Below are positions 61,437 to 64,000 of a DNA stretch of 64,000 nt, in pieces. Each line of letters begins with the position of its first letter. The first letter of the stretch is position 1. Position numbers and translations under genes: made by a program. Source of the stretch: Podarcis liolepis (lineage: Eukaryota). The stretch lies in assembly GCA_965112155.1 (NCBI GenBank), contig OZ218099.1, one strand, 5' to 3'. The notes beneath the pieces are model-generated. The model made no database searches. It was not told the DNA's origin and saw only the letters and a program-made list of their open reading frames with translations.

Positions 61437-64000
61437 TCCATCTCCCCTCCAGGGCCCCCCTCACCCCCTCCCAATTCCTCCCCCCTGGGAGGTGAAGGGC
61501 TAAAACCCCGAAACGAATCTTCCTCATCTTCTGACGTCTCGAACAATTCTCTCCATCGATCGTCGTCCTGGCCAGCTGAATCCTCCTCCTCTTCAGAATC
61601 TGGGAACCCCTCCAACTCCTCTTCCTCGTCGGTGGTGGCAAAGTATTCCCTTCGGAACCTCGCTACAGGCTGAGGTTTACGTGGGAACCTCTGATGAAAA
61701 GTCTCTATTAAAACCTCGTCATTGACATCCTCTGCCCTAACCCAGGTGTTTTCCGACTCCGGTTCCCCTTCCCACATTACCAAATACTCTACTTGATCTC
61801 CCTTCCACCTGGAATCGAGGATCTCCGCTACATGGTAGCTGTGTTCCTTCTCCTCCATTGCTGGTCCCCTAGTGACCCTCCCCTCACTGTCTCCTCTATA
61901 CGGTGACAGCAACGACCTGTGAAAAACTGGGTGCAGCTTCATGTGGTTCGGTAACCGGAGCCTGAAAGCCACTGGATTGACCTGCTGTATGACTTCAAAC
62001 GGACCCAGCCTTTTGGGTCTTAATTTCTTACACCCTCCTTTGAATGGCAACCCTTGGGTTGACAGCCACACCTGGTCCCCCACCCTGATGCTTTCACCTT
62101 CCCTTCTGTTTTTGTCTGCCTGCCTCTTATATTCCTCCTTAGCCCTGTTTAAATTGAGTTGGAGCTGGCGATGGATCGCTTCCATTTCTTCCACGAACTG
62201 TTCTGCAGCTGGAACGCTCCAGTTCTCCCCCTCCCCCCCTGGGAAGGCTCTGGGATGGCACCCGTGATTAGCCAAAAAGGGGCTCATCCCCGTGGACACG
62301 TTCTCTGCATTGTTGTAGGCAAATTCTGCCAACGCCAACTTCTCCACCCAATCATTCTCTCTGTCATTAACATAACACCTCAAATATTGTTGGAGAACCC
62401 CATTTGCTCTTTCCGCCTGCCCGTTGGTTTCAGGATGACGGGCCGTCGAGAAATTAACCTCTACATGCAGTAAGCTCATGAGCTTCCTCCAGAACCTGGA
62501 AGTAAATTGTTTCCCTCGGTCTGAAACCACCCTCAAGGGGGCGCCATGCAACCTAAACACATTCTCTACAAACAATTTGGCGGTTTCTTCTGCTGTAACC
62601 GCATGTGAGCAGGCTATGAAGTGGGCCATTTTAGTTAACAGGTCTACTACAACCATGATGGCTGTTTTCCCTCTAGACCTTGGCAGATCAGTCATGAAAT
62701 CTATTGCCACTGCTTCCCACGGTCTCTCAGGTGTGGGCAGTGGTTCTAATAAACCAGCCGGCGCCTGCCTCTCCCCCTTGGCTCTTTGGCATTGTTCACA
62801 CCCTCTCACATACTCCCGCACATCTTCCCTGACCTTGGGCCACCAAAATTCCCTGGTAACCAGCCACATGGTTTTGTGTTGCCCAAAGTGCCCTGCTGTG
62901 GGGCTATCGTGCAGCTGCTTGAGTACCTTCTCCCTCAATTCCCCTTCAGGTATATATAACGCTCCCTTATAATACAATGCCCCATTTCTCTCCTCAAAAC
63001 CACCGGATTTGTCTTCCTCCCCTCTGAGATCCCTGAGTTTCCCCTGGGCGTATGCATCCTGCACCGTACCCTCTACCAATTCCCTTTGCCCCACCAAAGT
63101 CGCCCCACACACCCAGCGGTCCTCTGGAATGATATGGGTTTCTTCGGGTGCTCCCTCCCCCTCCAAATATTCAGGTTTGCGTGAGAGAGCGTCCGCCCTA
63201 ACATTCTCTGGGCCTGGCACATAACAAATCTCAAAGTTAAATTTGGAGAACTCTTGGGCCCATCTCAACTGCCTTTGGTTGAGCACTCGCGCCGTTCTCC
63301 AGTACTCTAGATTTTTATGGTCCGTGCACACCTGCACTTTATGTTGTGCACCAACTAGCAGATGCCTCCATCTCCGGAACGCCTCATGAATAGCAAGCAG
63401 TTCTCGGTCGTACACCGTGTAGTTCCTCTCGGATTTGTTCAGCTTCCGCGAGAAGAAGGCACACGGACGCCACTCTGACTCCTCCTTCCCCGGCTGCAGA
63501 AGAAGCACCGCCCCTATGGCTCTGTCAGATGCGTCTGTTTCAACCCTTAGCTTCTTTCGTAAATCCACATGCAGAAGTTGTTCTTCAGAGGCGAAGGCCC
63601 TTTTCAGTTCCTCAAACGCTCGCTCCGCCTCCGCCGTCCATACAAACTTCTTTTTACTGCTGAGACAGTCAGTGATGGGCGCCGTCAGATGGGCGAAGTT
63701 GCGGATGAACTTACGATAAAAGTTTCCAAACCCTAGGAACCTCTGCACATCCTTCTTGGTTTTGGGTGTTTTCCATTCCAGCACTGCCTGTACCTTGCCG
63801 GGATCCATGGCCAATCCCTTGTCTGACAGGCGGTACCCCAGGAATTCCACCTCCTTGGTATGGAACCGACACTTCTCCAGTTTGACCCACAGCCTGTTGG
63901 CTTGCAGTCTGCTCAACACTTCTCTGACGTCTCTCACATGTTGCTCCTCATTCTCAGAATACACCAACACATCATCTAGAAAGGCAACGCAATTCTTGTA
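61133..64000 (-). CDS. Gypsy Pol (partial RT, RNase H, integrase, chromodomain, acidic/basic tail); open at window edge
   Basis: RT FLDD (63971-63982); RNase H ETDASD, RELLA, TDHKNL, ADALSR; IN HDSPTAGH..CEQC, IDF, SDRG, AER; GPF motif; chromodomain ~61673-61837; no stops or frameshifts in about 955 codons. Confidence 0.95.
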   Translation of the reverse strand, partial: YKNCVAFLDDVLVYSENEEQHVRDVREVLSRLQANRLWVKLEKCRFHTKEVEFLGYRLSDKGLAMDPGKVQAVLEWKTPKTKKDVQRFLGFGNFYRKFIRNFAHLTAPITDCLSSKKKFVWTAEAERAFEELKRAFASEEQLLHVDLRKKLRVETDASDRAIGAVLLLQPGKEESEWRPCAFFSRKLNKSERNYTVYDRELLAIHEAFRRWRHLLVGAQHKVQVCTDHKNLEYWRTARVLNQRQLRWAQEFSKFNFEICYVPGPENVRADALSRKPEYLEGEGAPEETHIIPEDRWVCGATLVGQRELVEGTVQDAYAQGKLRDLRGEEDKSGGFEERNGALYYKGALYIPEGELREKVLKQLHDSPTAGHFGQHKTMWLVTREFWWPKVREDVREYVRGCEQCQRAKGERQAPAGLLEPLPTPERPWEAVAIDFMTDLPRSRGKTAIMVVVDLLTKMAHFIACSHAVTAEETAKLFVENVFRLHGAPLRVVSDRGKQFTSRFWRKLMSLLHVEVNFSTARHPETNGQAERANGVLQQYLRCYVNDRENDWVEKLALAEFAYNNAENVSTGMSPFLANHGCHPRAFPGGEGENWSVPAAEQFVEEMEAIHRQLQLNLNRAKEEYKRQADKNRREGESIRVGDQVWLSTQGLPFKGGCKKLRPKRLGPFEVIQQVNPVAFRLRLPNHMKLHPVFHRSLLSPYRGDSEGRVTRGPAMEEKEHSYHVAEILDSRWKGDQVEYLVMWEGEPESENTWVRAEDVNDEVLIETFHQRFPRKPQPVARFRREYFATTDEEEELEGFPDSEEEEDSAGQDDDRWRELFETSEDEEDSFRGFSPSPPRGEELGGGEGGPGGEMDVRELPSEHQVVEGLRQDERDSTAEAGTSRGRSGSLRECEQEGGLREASSENSGEVSESPIGRPTPRRKLSRRESRRRVSVKELLCWKRFRRQPLSDSTSD
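61437..61450 (-). other. Polypurine tract
   Basis: GGAGGGGAGATGGA immediately 5' of the LTR's TG on the minus strand. Confidence 0.75.

Larger units (their letters stand above)
60963..64000 (-). mobile_element. Ty3/Gypsy chromovirus-type LTR retrotransposon (3' half), antisense in an SLC6A1 intron
   Basis: Uninterrupted pol with order RT-RNaseH-IN-chromodomain, then PPT and 3' LTR. Confidence 0.95.

Noticed and set aside
61941-63719. Plus-strand ORFs of 71-164 aa within the Gypsy element
   Set aside because: Antisense shadows of the pol frame with no recognisable domain.

Overview
Vertebrate genomic DNA, most likely a squamate (probably a lacertid lizard, inferred from Sauria SINEs, BovB, Squam3-type SINEs and the MITE set). 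The + strand carries the first ten coding exons of SLC6A1 (GABA transporter GAT-1) at 46695-60148. All have GT-AG boundaries and splice into 1323 nt (441 codons) without stops; the remaining exons lie beyond the window. The ~46 kb upstream is non-coding and rich in L2, CR1, BovB, SINE, hAT, Tigger-like and Penelope-like remnants. An apparently intact chromodomain-bearing Ty3/Gypsy element sits antisense in the last visible intron. Best leads: (1) the Gypsy integrase tail has two tandem helix-acidic linker-(F/L)xGF motifs resembling LEDGF/TND-interacting motifs, next to a chromodomain lacking one aromatic-cage residue, and the ORF reads about 100 codons into the 3' LTR; (2) a 1.78-kb Charlie-type hAT element with a perfect 8-bp TSD carries captured cargo (a 119-bp hairpin array, a one-ended pogo/Tc2 MITE piece, and a CR1 piece fused to a transposase C-terminus); (3) a non-canonical REST RE1 with a 9-nt spacer overlaps a palindromic E-box 47-70 nt upstream of the SLC6A1 ATG. 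Repeat family names come from recognition by eye, not from a database search.
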